IMG/VR virus record: IMGVR_UViG_3300017978_000319
Coordinates: 1-48,134 of that record
Reading direction: 5' to 3' (one strand)
Origin: a virus
Taxonomy: Duplodnaviria; Caudoviricetes
DNA: 48,134 bases
The notes under the pieces were generated by a model. That model saw nothing but the letters and a program-made list of their open reading frames with translations. It was not told the origin of the DNA and searched no databases. Of the stretch, positions 27,731-35,263 are shown piece after piece. The position numbers and the translations under genes were made by a program. The stretch's first letter is position 1, and each line of letters opens with the position of its first letter.

Positions 27731-27776
27731 TGTTGTGGTTCTCGCAACACTTAGGGTGCATTGCGAGAACTGTCAA
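27731..27776 (-). promoter_or_regulatory. Leftward promoter (TTGACA) with operator 27731-27749
   Basis: TGTTGTG-GTTCT-CGCAACA. Confidence 0.7.
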
Positions 27777-27785
27777 TGGTGTCTG

Positions 27786-28031
27786 TTAACGGTTCACTGT
27801 GGGAAGTCGGCCAGCCATGATTTCGGCGACGACGATCTGCTTGGCAATGTCGGCCTCGGGGATCGCATGCTTGCCGCTGATGAAGCGACCGATGGCGTAC
27901 AGGCCGATGGCGATCTGCTCGCCGATGTCATCCTCCGGGTAAGGCCCGCAGTCCTTGCCGATCTTCTGGTATCCGTCATGCATGCCACGGCCAGCGTTGA
28001 TGACCATTTGCTTTGCGGTTTCTACGTTCAT
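27786..28031 (-). CDS. Hypothetical protein
   Basis: GGAGGGAG SD. Confidence 0.7.
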   Translation of the reverse strand: MNVETAKQMVINAGRGMHDGYQKIGKDCGPYPEDDIGEQIAIGLYAIGRFISGKHAIPEADIAKQIVVAEIMAGRLPTVNR

Positions 28032-28041
28032 GGCTCCCTCC

Positions 28042-28260
28042 TCAGGCGCGGCGGTTAATGATGGCTGCGGCGTAGATCATGCCTTGCAGGTAGCGGACGC
28101 ACTCGTTGCGGCCACGGGGTGAGAAGGTCGGACGCTCGCCGCCCTCGCCATCAAGCTGGAGGCCCATGTGGCGTCCCTTGCCGACGATGACGAACTTCTC
28201 GCCGATGGCCTTTTCGACCTTGGCGATCAGGCCTTCGATGGTGAATGCTTCGACTTTCAT
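28042..28260 (-). CDS. Hypothetical protein
   Basis: GAGGA SD after a promoter. Confidence 0.65.
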   Translation of the reverse strand: MKVEAFTIEGLIAKVEKAIGEKFVIVGKGRHMGLQLDGEGGERPTFSPRGRNECVRYLQGMIYAAAIINRRA

Positions 28261-28278
28261 GGTGTGATCCTCATCAGG

Positions 28279-28324
28279 TGTTGCGATATTCACAACAGAT
28301 AGATGTTAATCATTCACCCGTCAA
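28279..28324 (-). promoter_or_regulatory. Leftward promoter (TTGACG) with operator 28279-28297
   Basis: TGTTGCG-ATATT-CACAACA. Confidence 0.7.
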
Positions 28325-28686
28325 TCCCAATCTTTCAGAGCCTCGCGCATCCGCTTGTTCTCGGCCTCAGCCTGCCGCTTCATCACCGCTTGGATGATCC
28401 GCATCTTCGCCCGCTCGCCACGCCGCAGCGATGCCCGCACCAGCCGTGGCTCCTTGCCGACGAACCGGGCGAGATCGGCCATGCTGGCGAACTTCACCCC
28501 GGCAACGACCATGGGCTTCTTCGGTAGGCCTCCACCGTGGGTGCGCTTCACCTTCCCCCGGCCCCTGCCGATGCTGTCAGGATCGCGGCGGCTGATGGCG
28601 CAGTAGACCGTGTCGGTCGTGACGCCGAAGTGGTCGGCGCACTCCCTGACGGTCTCGAACATCTGGCCGCGCACGATCACTCGCAT
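28321..28686 (-). CDS. Tandem NUMOD1-like HTH protein
   Basis: VRGQMFETVRECADHFGV and VAGVKFASMADLARFVG. Confidence 0.65.
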   Translation of the reverse strand: MRVIVRGQMFETVRECADHFGVTTDTVYCAISRRDPDSIGRGRGKVKRTHGGGLPKKPMVVAGVKFASMADLARFVGKEPRLVRASLRRGERAKMRIIQAVMKRQAEAENKRMREALKDWD

Positions 28687-28877
28687 TCGCCACCCAGCCC
28701 GATCAGGACGTTCCGCAGTTCCTCGGCGGTCATCATCCCGATCTTGCCATCGAGATCAGACCCGGCGATCTGCCTGATCTTCCGTTTCAGGTTTACCCGC
28801 ACGGCGGCAGAGAGGGCGATCACTCGCGCCTCGTCCTGCGTCACCGGGCGGAAATTAAACGGCTCTCTGGTCATCAC
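28677..28877 (-). CDS. Hypothetical protein
   Basis: Coupled within the operon. Confidence 0.6.
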   Translation of the reverse strand: MMTREPFNFRPVTQDEARVIALSAAVRVNLKRKIRQIAGSDLDGKIGMMTAEELRNVLIGLGGECE

Positions 28878-29077
28878 TCAGCCTCCTGTACGGCCCGGTA
28901 ATAGGGCCTCTGAATGTCAATACTCACATGGCACATGGTCGGCCCAGCGATCACCTTCACAACGCCCATCTTGACCGCTCTGGCCACCCTGTCCCTGACA
29001 GAGCCACCGGGCTGGAACACGAAGGAGGCAGGCAGATCATGGACGGTGTGCGATAGGTATGCGTCTGCTGACATCAC
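28874..29077 (-). CDS. Hypothetical protein
   Basis: Coupled within the operon. Confidence 0.55.
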   Translation of the reverse strand: MMSADAYLSHTVHDLPASFVFQPGGSVRDRVARAVKMGVVKVIAGPTMCHVSIDIQRPYYRAVQEAE

Positions 29078-29265
29078 TCAGCCCTCCGGGTGCATACGCC
29101 CGCACGGATCAGGGCGTCGGCCTGACGACCGAAGAACCCCTGAAGCTGCCAAGCAACCCCGGTGTCGATCAGGTGCTGCCACGCCTCAATCAGTTGCTCC
29201 TCGCTCTCGGCCTCCTCGGCTCCCTCGGCGATCATGGTGGCGGTGAACGTGGACATCTGCGTCAT
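29074..29265 (-). CDS. Small phage protein with WQLQGFFGR motif
   Basis: GAGGAG SD; AWQHLIDTGVAWQLQGFFGR. Confidence 0.7.
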   Translation of the reverse strand: MTQMSTFTATMIAEGAEEAESEEQLIEAWQHLIDTGVAWQLQGFFGRQADALIRAGVCTRRAE

Positions 29266-29275
29266 CTCTCTCTCC

Positions 29276-29413
29276 TCAGTGTGGGATCGCGCCATCTCGG
29301 TACCAAATGCCTTTCCAGTCGGCAGGCTGGCCCTCGGGGCGCATGGGTTTCGGGGTGGGAACCGGGCGCGCGATGACGCCCAGTTCGTTCAGGTGGCGTT
29401 CGAGGTCGGTCAT
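29276..29413 (-). CDS. 45-aa micro-protein MTDLERHLNELGVIARP..AIPH
   Basis: ATGA-coupled; fills the intergenic gap; N-terminus duplicated at 30052-30102. Confidence 0.6.
   Translation of the reverse strand: MTDLERHLNELGVIARPVPTPKPMRPEGQPADWKGIWYRDGAIPH
29371..29413. repeat. 43-bp imperfect direct repeat, copy 1
   Basis: 39/43 identical to 30060-30102. Confidence 0.9.
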
Positions 29414-29991
29414 GCCGAGGCCTCGAAGCCCAGCCGCTTGAGGTCGTCAACCAGCGGCGTCACGACCGAGGGCAGGTTGCTCTTCTGCACCGCTTCCGGC
29501 TCCTTCGGGATGAAGCGGTGCAGCGGCGGCTCGAGGACCTCGCGCAGGCGCTTCAAGGTCGAGACCGCTGCCAGATTGGCCTCCAACCGTTTCGACACAT
29601 CGCGCCGCAGGGTGGTTTGTTCGACCTGCTTGTCCAGCAGCCCGCTTTCGCGCAGGCCGTTGTAGAGCGCCGCGTAGAGGGTGCCTTCCTTCAGCAGCGT
29701 CTCGGTGCGCGGGTCCATCCGCAGGGTGATGCCTTCCTTCAGGCCGTAAAGGCGCTTGCGGAACGGGTAGCGATCTTCGCGCTCGTTCTCGACGCGGACT
29801 TCGACCATTTCTGTCCGCAGATAGGGTTGGGTGCCGGGGTCAGCATAGACCCTCTGCACGCTTTGCGGGGCGTGCTTGATGATGATGCCCTGCAGCAGGG
29901 CCTCAATCTGGATGGCATAGTCAACGAGTGGAAGCCCCCGCATGATGGCGCTGTGGATGTGTTCCCGCATGTCTTTGGTCAGTCTGGCCAT
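29410..29991 (-). CDS. Early protein resembling the Nmad5 family
   Basis: MARLTKDMREHI..STLKRLRE..FIP..NLP pattern; family call tentative. Confidence 0.55.
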   Translation of the reverse strand: MARLTKDMREHIHSAIMRGLPLVDYAIQIEALLQGIIIKHAPQSVQRVYADPGTQPYLRTEMVEVRVENEREDRYPFRKRLYGLKEGITLRMDPRTETLLKEGTLYAALYNGLRESGLLDKQVEQTTLRRDVSKRLEANLAAVSTLKRLREVLEPPLHRFIPKEPEAVQKSNLPSVVTPLVDDLKRLGFEASA

Positions 29992-30051
29992 GTCTGTCTC
30001 CTTCTGCTGGCACATGGGATGCCCGCCCGCATGGGGCGGGACACCGATGCG

Positions 30052-30102
30052 TCAGGCTGCGGTGACGCCCAGTTCGTTCAGGTGACGTTCGAGGTCAGAC
30101 AT
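30052..30102 (-). CDS. 16-aa micro-ORF MSDLERHLNELGVTAA (repeat copy 2)
   Basis: Overlaps the stop of the upstream gene; paralogous to 29276-29413. Confidence 0.45.
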   Translation of the reverse strand: MSDLERHLNELGVTAA

Positions 30103-30433
30103 TGACGATCTCGATGGTCACCAGTGAGCGGATCAGGGCGAGGCGATCCTCGTTGTGTGCGCGCTTGGCGCGCTTCTGCTTGACGGTGTCACGCCAGTCT
30201 GCGCCCTCGAAGTACCGCAGCGGGTGATCCATAGGCAGGCCGAGGTTGACAAAGCGCAGGCTCTGCAGCTTGCCGTCTGCAGTCTTGCTGGCCTTGACGC
30301 GGTCGAGGCTGTGGCCCGACAGCAGGATAGCGCCAGTTGCGCGGCTGACGATGGCCCAAGCGGCGGTGACGGCGCGGTGGCCCTTGTAGACGTCGACGGT
30401 GTCGTTGCTGAACCGTGCCTCGATGTTAACCAT
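30095..30433 (-). CDS. Hypothetical early protein
   Basis: GAGGAG SD after a promoter. Confidence 0.7.
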   Translation of the reverse strand: MVNIEARFSNDTVDVYKGHRAVTAAWAIVSRATGAILLSGHSLDRVKASKTADGKLQSLRFVNLGLPMDHPLRYFEGADWRDTVKQKRAKRAHNEDRLALIRSLVTIEIVNV

Positions 30434-30453
30434 CTGGTAGTCTCCTCTGGGTG

Positions 30454-30498
30454 TGTTGCGACTTTCACAACATTAATCATACACCCAGAGGATGTCAA
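30454..30498 (-). promoter_or_regulatory. Leftward promoter TTGACA-N17-TAATGT with operator 30454-30472
   Basis: TGTTGCG-ACTTT-CACAACA. Confidence 0.75.
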
Positions 30499-30507
30499 TA
30501 CGCCTCG

Positions 30508-30933
30508 TTACGACCTCTGCGAGAAGTCGGTCAGGACGATGACGGTCATTCCCTTCATCGACCCCGGCGCTGCCCAGAACAGAGGAAGGTTGAACAAGCG
30601 GTCATCGCCACCGGGTTCCCTGTAACCGCCCCCGTGTTGGTATGCGGCGCTGTGCTGCCCAGACTTTTGCAGCCAAGCGATGCAGTGCCGACGCTCATCG
30701 CGGTTGACCATGACGGCGGTCGGCTCTGCTCGCGCCATGGTCTGTATCCGCCGACGGTCACGGTAGGCCAGTCCAATCACCCTCTCCCAACGCGCAGGAT
30801 CACCCTGCTCATGGATGAACGTTGGATGGCGCATCACAGCGGTGGCAATCATTTCCGGCAAATTCTCAGGCGGGTCTGTAGCAGCCAGCTTCTCGGCCAT
30901 GTCGGCGATCTCCTTCGCTCTCTCCTCGCTCAC
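30508..30933 (-). CDS. Hypothetical protein
   Basis: GTGA-coupled. Confidence 0.6.
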   Translation of the reverse strand: MSEERAKEIADMAEKLAATDPPENLPEMIATAVMRHPTFIHEQGDPARWERVIGLAYRDRRRIQTMARAEPTAVMVNRDERRHCIAWLQKSGQHSAAYQHGGGYREPGGDDRLFNLPLFWAAPGSMKGMTVIVLTDFSQRS

Positions 30934-31112
30934 TTTCTCATCCTCCCGGTCAGGCCACGGAACTCCCGTGGGGCTTCGGCATCATCGCCATAAAGCGCGT
31001 CAGTCACCCGGTCGCGCTTCTTCGATTGGCCCTCACTGTAGATCACCACCAACAGAAGGCAGGCGACAGGCAGGGTCAGGGCAAGCAGCAGTCCCACCGC
31101 AATACAGGTCAC
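30930..31112 (-). CDS. Small membrane protein
   Basis: Hydrophobic N-terminus; AAGGAG SD. Confidence 0.55.
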   Translation of the reverse strand: MTCIAVGLLLALTLPVACLLLVVIYSEGQSKKRDRVTDALYGDDAEAPREFRGLTGRMRK

Positions 31113-31164
31113 GACGTGGTCTCCTTTCTATTCAGCCGCATTTTTTTCTCCTCAAGCTGGGCGT

Positions 31165-31428
31165 TCATTCTGCAGCCCTCGTTTCGCCTGTTGCTGGGTT
31201 CATCACGATCTTTTTGACCGTACCCTCGGCTTGGGCCACGGGGCGCTGCGTTGGGTAGAACGCCTCCTGCAGCGCCGCCAGCATGTCTGCCGGGGTAGTG
31301 AACGCGCCCAGAACGCTCGGCATCCTCAGATGGCTTTCCCTGATGTTCTCGATGATCCAGCCACCGTTCTGGGCTGGCCGCAGCATCATCGCCAGATCGG
31401 TCGGGATCACGGGTTTATTCTCGCTCAC
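31165..31428 (-). CDS. Hypothetical protein
   Basis: Coupled; GAGGAAG SD. Confidence 0.6.
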   Translation of the reverse strand: MSENKPVIPTDLAMMLRPAQNGGWIIENIRESHLRMPSVLGAFTTPADMLAALQEAFYPTQRPVAQAEGTVKKIVMNPATGETRAAE

Positions 31429-31871
31429 GACGTCTTCCTCCTATTCCGTGTTGTGGGGCGCTGGGCCAATCCCAGAGCCTTGATCTCCCGCACGGCGATC
31501 CGCTCGCCGTTCAGGTAATACGTAGAGGCCCAGCCATCGTCGCCGAACCGCGCCTCGCAGGACAGCCGCCCGATGGGCGTGGTCACCACTGCGGCACCGT
31601 CAACCTCATCGAACCCTCCGCCGCTGCGCCACTCATCGCGAGCCTTCCGCTGGACCATGGCGAGGTAGTCGATCCGCTCGCCGCCCTCGACCCGGCCAGT
31701 AACGGCTGCGATCTCCCGGTTCAGGATGATGAAGGCCTTCGCCAGCACGGTGACGCTGTCAGGGTCGGTGATGTCTGCGGTGGCCTCGACCATGATCGAC
31801 CGGGCATGCTTCAGGCCGCGCTTATAGCTGTCGTCAGCAGTCGCAGGGTGCGGCTTCACGCGAGACGGCAT
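31425..31871 (-). CDS. Hypothetical protein
   Basis: GAGGGG SD; codon bias. Confidence 0.65.
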   Translation of the reverse strand: MPSRVKPHPATADDSYKRGLKHARSIMVEATADITDPDSVTVLAKAFIILNREIAAVTGRVEGGERIDYLAMVQRKARDEWRSGGGFDEVDGAAVVTTPIGRLSCEARFGDDGWASTYYLNGERIAVREIKALGLAQRPTTRNRRKTS

Positions 31872-32029
31872 AGCACGTACCCCTCGTCAGTCTTCTCCCA
31901 AGAGATGTTGTAGTTGTGGCAGTGGATCGCCCGGTCTCGGGCCTGCCACCAGCGGTTATACTCGTTCAACGGCACTGTGATCTGCTCGCCGATCTCCAGT
32001 GCAACGAGGCGCGCGGTTAACCCCTTCAT
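31856..32029 (-). CDS. Small putative DNA-binding protein
   Basis: LEIGEQITV..GYVLCRLA; resembles the adjacent ORF. Confidence 0.5.
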   Translation of the reverse strand: MKGLTARLVALEIGEQITVPLNEYNRWWQARDRAIHCHNYNISWEKTDEGYVLCRLA

Positions 32030-32247
32030 CACTTCACCCGCACGATCTTCAGGCCAGACTGACCGGGCCAACCCTCATCAGCACCCGGCGCGATGACCCG
32101 CGTCTTGAACCGCAGGCCCTGCATCTTCAGCATCGAAGCAGTGGTCCTGAACGTGTTCGCTTTGTCGGGTGCGACGAGGATCGCATGGTCAGGGCCGATG
32201 CCCATCTCCATCAGATACTCCTTCGGTTTCTTCTCGACTTCGGTCAC
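32029..32247 (-). CDS. Small putative DNA-binding protein, first gene of the leftward early region
   Basis: GGAGG SD with GTG start; MGIG..FKTR..GLKIVRVK. Confidence 0.6.
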   Translation of the reverse strand: MTEVEKKPKEYLMEMGIGPDHAILVAPDKANTFRTTASMLKMQGLRFKTRVIAPGADEGWPGQSGLKIVRVK

Positions 32248-32260
32248 ATCGACCTCCATA

Positions 32261-32321
32261 TGTTGCGGTAACCACAACAGCTTTAATTGATATTTTCAAC
32301 AGTTGTAAACTCATGGTTAAC
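32261..32321 (-). promoter_or_regulatory. Leftward promoter region: operator 32261-32279 and CtrA-like box 32306-32321
   Basis: TGTTGCG-GTAAC-CACAACA; minus strand TTAA-CCATGAG-TTTAC. Confidence 0.6.
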
Positions 32322-32339
32322 ATAGGCATGGATGGGTCT

Positions 32340-32597
32340 GCCAAACTGTTACGATGATCAACTATAAAATAAACCCCAGTAAACCCATCCTTAGAAACAC
32401 TTCCTCTATATATAATTCTTACATTTCAAGAGTTTATAGTAAGAGGGGTGGTGCAGAAAAAGGTCGGTTCAACCTTAAAGGCTATTGCTGTAAATTATAA
32501 AGACCCGATACCTCTCGGATTTATATATTTACAGTAATAACGTATAGCGTCGACAGGTGTTTCTTACGCACCAAATTACGCACGACCCTTAGAACAG
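32340..32597. other. AT-rich non-coding region with a long hairpin (origin or pac candidate)
   Basis: Sharp GC drop; TATTGCTGTAAAT...ATTTACAGTAATA inverted repeat at 32484-32539. Confidence 0.5.
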
Positions 32598-32619
32598 AGA
32601 AACCTTTGATGTGTATTCC
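32598..32619 (+). promoter_or_regulatory. Candidate late promoter AGAAACC-N8-GTATTCC
   Basis: Shared motif, upstream of terS. Confidence 0.55.
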
Positions 32620-32641
32620 TCAACAGGAAGGAGAACACACC

Positions 32642-33214
32642 ATGGCACTGACGCCGAAAATCTACCGCTTCTGCGAGGAGTATCTGGTCGATCTTAATGC
32701 AACACAGGCAGCGATCAGGGCGGGATACAGTAGAAACTCAGCGTATTCTCAAGCCCACGATCTCCTGAAAAATCCTGAGGTGCAGTCAGAAATCGAACGC
32801 CTCCGTGACGAACGCAGCGAGCGGACCAAAATCAATGCGGACTGGGTTCTGACCCGCCTCGCAGCCATTGCTGAGGCCGATCTGAATGACCTGTACGACA
32901 CGACAGGCGAACTGCTCCCGGTCGAGGACTGGCCGATGATCTGGCGTCAGGGCCTCATTGCCGGGGTGGACGTCGAGCAGTTGTTCGAAGGTCGTGGTGA
33001 GGAGCGCGAGCAGATCGGCGTGGTCAAGAAGATCAAGACCGTCGACCGCATCCGCGCCATCGAACTGATCGGCAAGCACGTCAACGTGAAGGCCTTCGAG
33101 GATCGCGTGGCTGTCACCGGGCTGGATGCTCTGGCGGACAGGCTGGACCGCGCATCAAAGCGGATCGCAGATGCAATAACAGGAGTGAGCAATGCTGTCA
33201 CAGATGATGAGTGA
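32642..33214 (+). CDS. terS: Terminase small subunit
   Basis: FCEEYLVDLNATQAAIRAGYS. Confidence 0.92.
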   Translation: MALTPKIYRFCEEYLVDLNATQAAIRAGYSRNSAYSQAHDLLKNPEVQSEIERLRDERSERTKINADWVLTRLAAIAEADLNDLYDTTGELLPVEDWPMIWRQGLIAGVDVEQLFEGRGEEREQIGVVKKIKTVDRIRAIELIGKHVNVKAFEDRVAVTGLDALADRLDRASKRIADAITGVSNAVTDDE

Positions 33215-33281
33215 CCCATGGACATGGGTGTGGCTGATCGCGGCTGCTGCTGCGCTTGTGGCGGGGTTCAGCAGAGCATGA
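33192..33281 (+). CDS. 29-aa hydrophobic peptide 1
   Basis: AGGAG SD; WTWVWLIAAAAALVAGF. Confidence 0.5.
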   Translation: MLSQMMSDPWTWVWLIAAAAALVAGFSRA

Positions 33282-33367
33282 TCTGGTCGTTGTTCATGAT
33301 CGCGCTGGGCTTCGTCATCGGCTGCTGCTGGGCTGCATGGTGGCTGAAGGTGAGGAATGTCCCGTGA
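33278..33367 (+). CDS. 29-aa hydrophobic peptide 2
   Basis: ATGA-coupled; MIWSLFMIALGFVIGCCWAAWWLK. Confidence 0.5.
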   Translation: MIWSLFMIALGFVIGCCWAAWWLKVRNVP

Positions 33368-33555
33368 CCGATAACACATGGTCAGGAGCGACCGAGGGGC
33401 TTCGCCGGAAGCTGAAGACCGCAAGCATCGCTGGCATGGGGTATCAGTTCACCCCGGTCGGCGTGACCGCTCTCGAGGCGCTGCTGACAGAGATGGCAAA
33501 GAGGCTGGATCAGGCCGTGAAGATACAGATTGCCAAGGAACCAGATCGTGAGTGA
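33364..33555 (+). CDS. Hypothetical 63-aa protein
   Basis: GTGA-coupled; overlaps the terL start. Confidence 0.55.
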   Translation: MTDNTWSGATEGLRRKLKTASIAGMGYQFTPVGVTALEALLTEMAKRLDQAVKIQIAKEPDRE

Positions 33556-35020
33556 CCCGAACGAGCAGATCATCGACCTCGCAGCAGCCAGCCGATACGA
33601 CCCCAACAAGTGGGCCATGGCAGCGTGGGACTGGGGCCATGGCGTACTGGCCGATTACGACGGGCCTCGCGAGTGGCAGCGCAACATCAACAACATCATC
33701 CGCGATCATCTGGCCAACCCAGAGACGCGGTATCAGCCATGCCAGATCGCGGTGGCATCGGGCCACGGTATCGGCAAGTCAGCCCAGATGGGCATGATCT
33801 CGAACTGGGCGATGTCCTGCTTCAGCGATGCCAAGATCGTGACCACGGCCAACACCGATGGCCAGCTTCGCACCAAGACCGCGCCCGAGATCGGCATGTG
33901 GTTCAGGCGGTCGATCACCTCGCACTGGTTCGACACGCAGGCGACATCGATCAAGAGCAAGGCTCCCGGCCACAGTGAGACGTGGCGGCAGGACTTCATT
34001 CCATGGTCCGAACACAACACCGAGGCCTTCGCTGGCTTGCACAACAAGGACAAGATCATCGTCGTGCTGTTCGACGAGGCCTCGAAGATCGCCGACAAGG
34101 TCTGGGAAGTGGCCGAGGGCGCGCTGACCGACGAGGACACCATCATCCTGTGGATCGTCTTCGGCAACCCGACGCGCAACTCTGGCCGCTTCCGTGAATG
34201 CTTCCGGCGCTATCGCCACCGCTGGCATCACATGAACATCGACAGCCGCACCGTCCCCGGCACCAACAAGAAGAAGATACAGCAGTGGGTCGATGACCAC
34301 GGCGAGGACAGCGACTTCGTCAAGGTCCGCGTCAGGGGACAGTTCCCCAGCCAGTCGGCGCTGCAGTTCATCAGCGGTGACGATGTCGATGCCGCCCGCA
34401 ACCGCCACCTCAGGCTGGACCAATACAACTTCGCGCCCAAGATCATCGGCGTCGACCCGGCTTGGACAGGCGACGATGCCCTCGAGATCGTGCTGCGTCA
34501 GGGCCTCTACACCAAGTCGCTCGCCACGCTGCCGAAGAACGACAACGACATCGAAGTGGCCAACCTGATCTTCCGGCTCGAGGTCGAGCATCAGGCCGAC
34601 GCGGTGTTCATCGACGGCGGCTACGGCACCGGGATCATCTCTGCTGGTCAGGTGATGGGCAGATCGTGGCAACTGGTCTGGTTCTCAGGCAAGCCATCCA
34701 ACCCCGGCTACATGAACAAGCGGGCCGAGATGTGGGGCGAGATGAAGGCGTGGCTGAAGCAGGGCGGGGCCATCGATCCCAAGGACGATGACCTGTATCA
34801 AGACCTGATCGGCCCTGAGACCGTGCCACGGCTCGACGGCAAGATACTGCTCGAGAGCAAGGAGGACATGAAGGATCGAGGCCTGCCGTCGCCCAACAAG
34901 GGTGACGCGCTGGCTCTGACCTTCGCGGCCCCGGTCACCAAGAAGACCGTACCCGTGGGCTTTGAGAGCCAAGCACAGCCGACCACGCTGATGGCCGATG
35001 ACTACAACCCGTTCGCCTGA
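33548..35020 (+). CDS. terL: Terminase large subunit
   Basis: SGHGIGKS Walker A, LFDEAS Walker B, GNPTR, GVDPA nuclease motif, SPNKGDALAL. Confidence 0.95.
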   Translation: MSDPNEQIIDLAAASRYDPNKWAMAAWDWGHGVLADYDGPREWQRNINNIIRDHLANPETRYQPCQIAVASGHGIGKSAQMGMISNWAMSCFSDAKIVTTANTDGQLRTKTAPEIGMWFRRSITSHWFDTQATSIKSKAPGHSETWRQDFIPWSEHNTEAFAGLHNKDKIIVVLFDEASKIADKVWEVAEGALTDEDTIILWIVFGNPTRNSGRFRECFRRYRHRWHHMNIDSRTVPGTNKKKIQQWVDDHGEDSDFVKVRVRGQFPSQSALQFISGDDVDAARNRHLRLDQYNFAPKIIGVDPAWTGDDALEIVLRQGLYTKSLATLPKNDNDIEVANLIFRLEVEHQADAVFIDGGYGTGIISAGQVMGRSWQLVWFSGKPSNPGYMNKRAEMWGEMKAWLKQGGAIDPKDDDLYQDLIGPETVPRLDGKILLESKEDMKDRGLPSPNKGDALALTFAAPVTKKTVPVGFESQAQPTTLMADDYNPFA

Positions 35021-35042
35021 GAAACCATCTCAGGCGTATCGG
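35020..35042 (+). promoter_or_regulatory. Candidate late promoter AGAAACC-N9-GTATCGG
   Basis: Shared motif, upstream of head genes. Confidence 0.5.
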
Positions 35043-35064
35043 TCGACGCAAAGAGGATCGAGCC

Positions 35065-35262
35065 ATGTGCAAAACACCGTCCATCCCGGCCCCAGTGGCA
35101 CCGACCCAGTATGCCGCAGCGAAGACCCCTGACCGCGCCCAGACGCAGCAGGCTGGCGAGCGGATGGCGCAGCAGATGCGCGCACCGTCGACCATCCTGA
35201 CCAGCCCCATGGGTGTGACGCAGGGCGCTGAGACGGGCAAGAAGACCCTGCTCGGGGCCTGA
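35065..35262 (+). CDS. Small pre-portal virion protein
   Basis: MC..P-rich..TILTSPMG..KKTLLG pattern typical of this slot. Confidence 0.7.
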   Translation: MCKTPSIPAPVAPTQYAAAKTPDRAQTQQAGERMAQQMRAPSTILTSPMGVTQGAETGKKTLLGA

Positions 35263-35263
35263 G

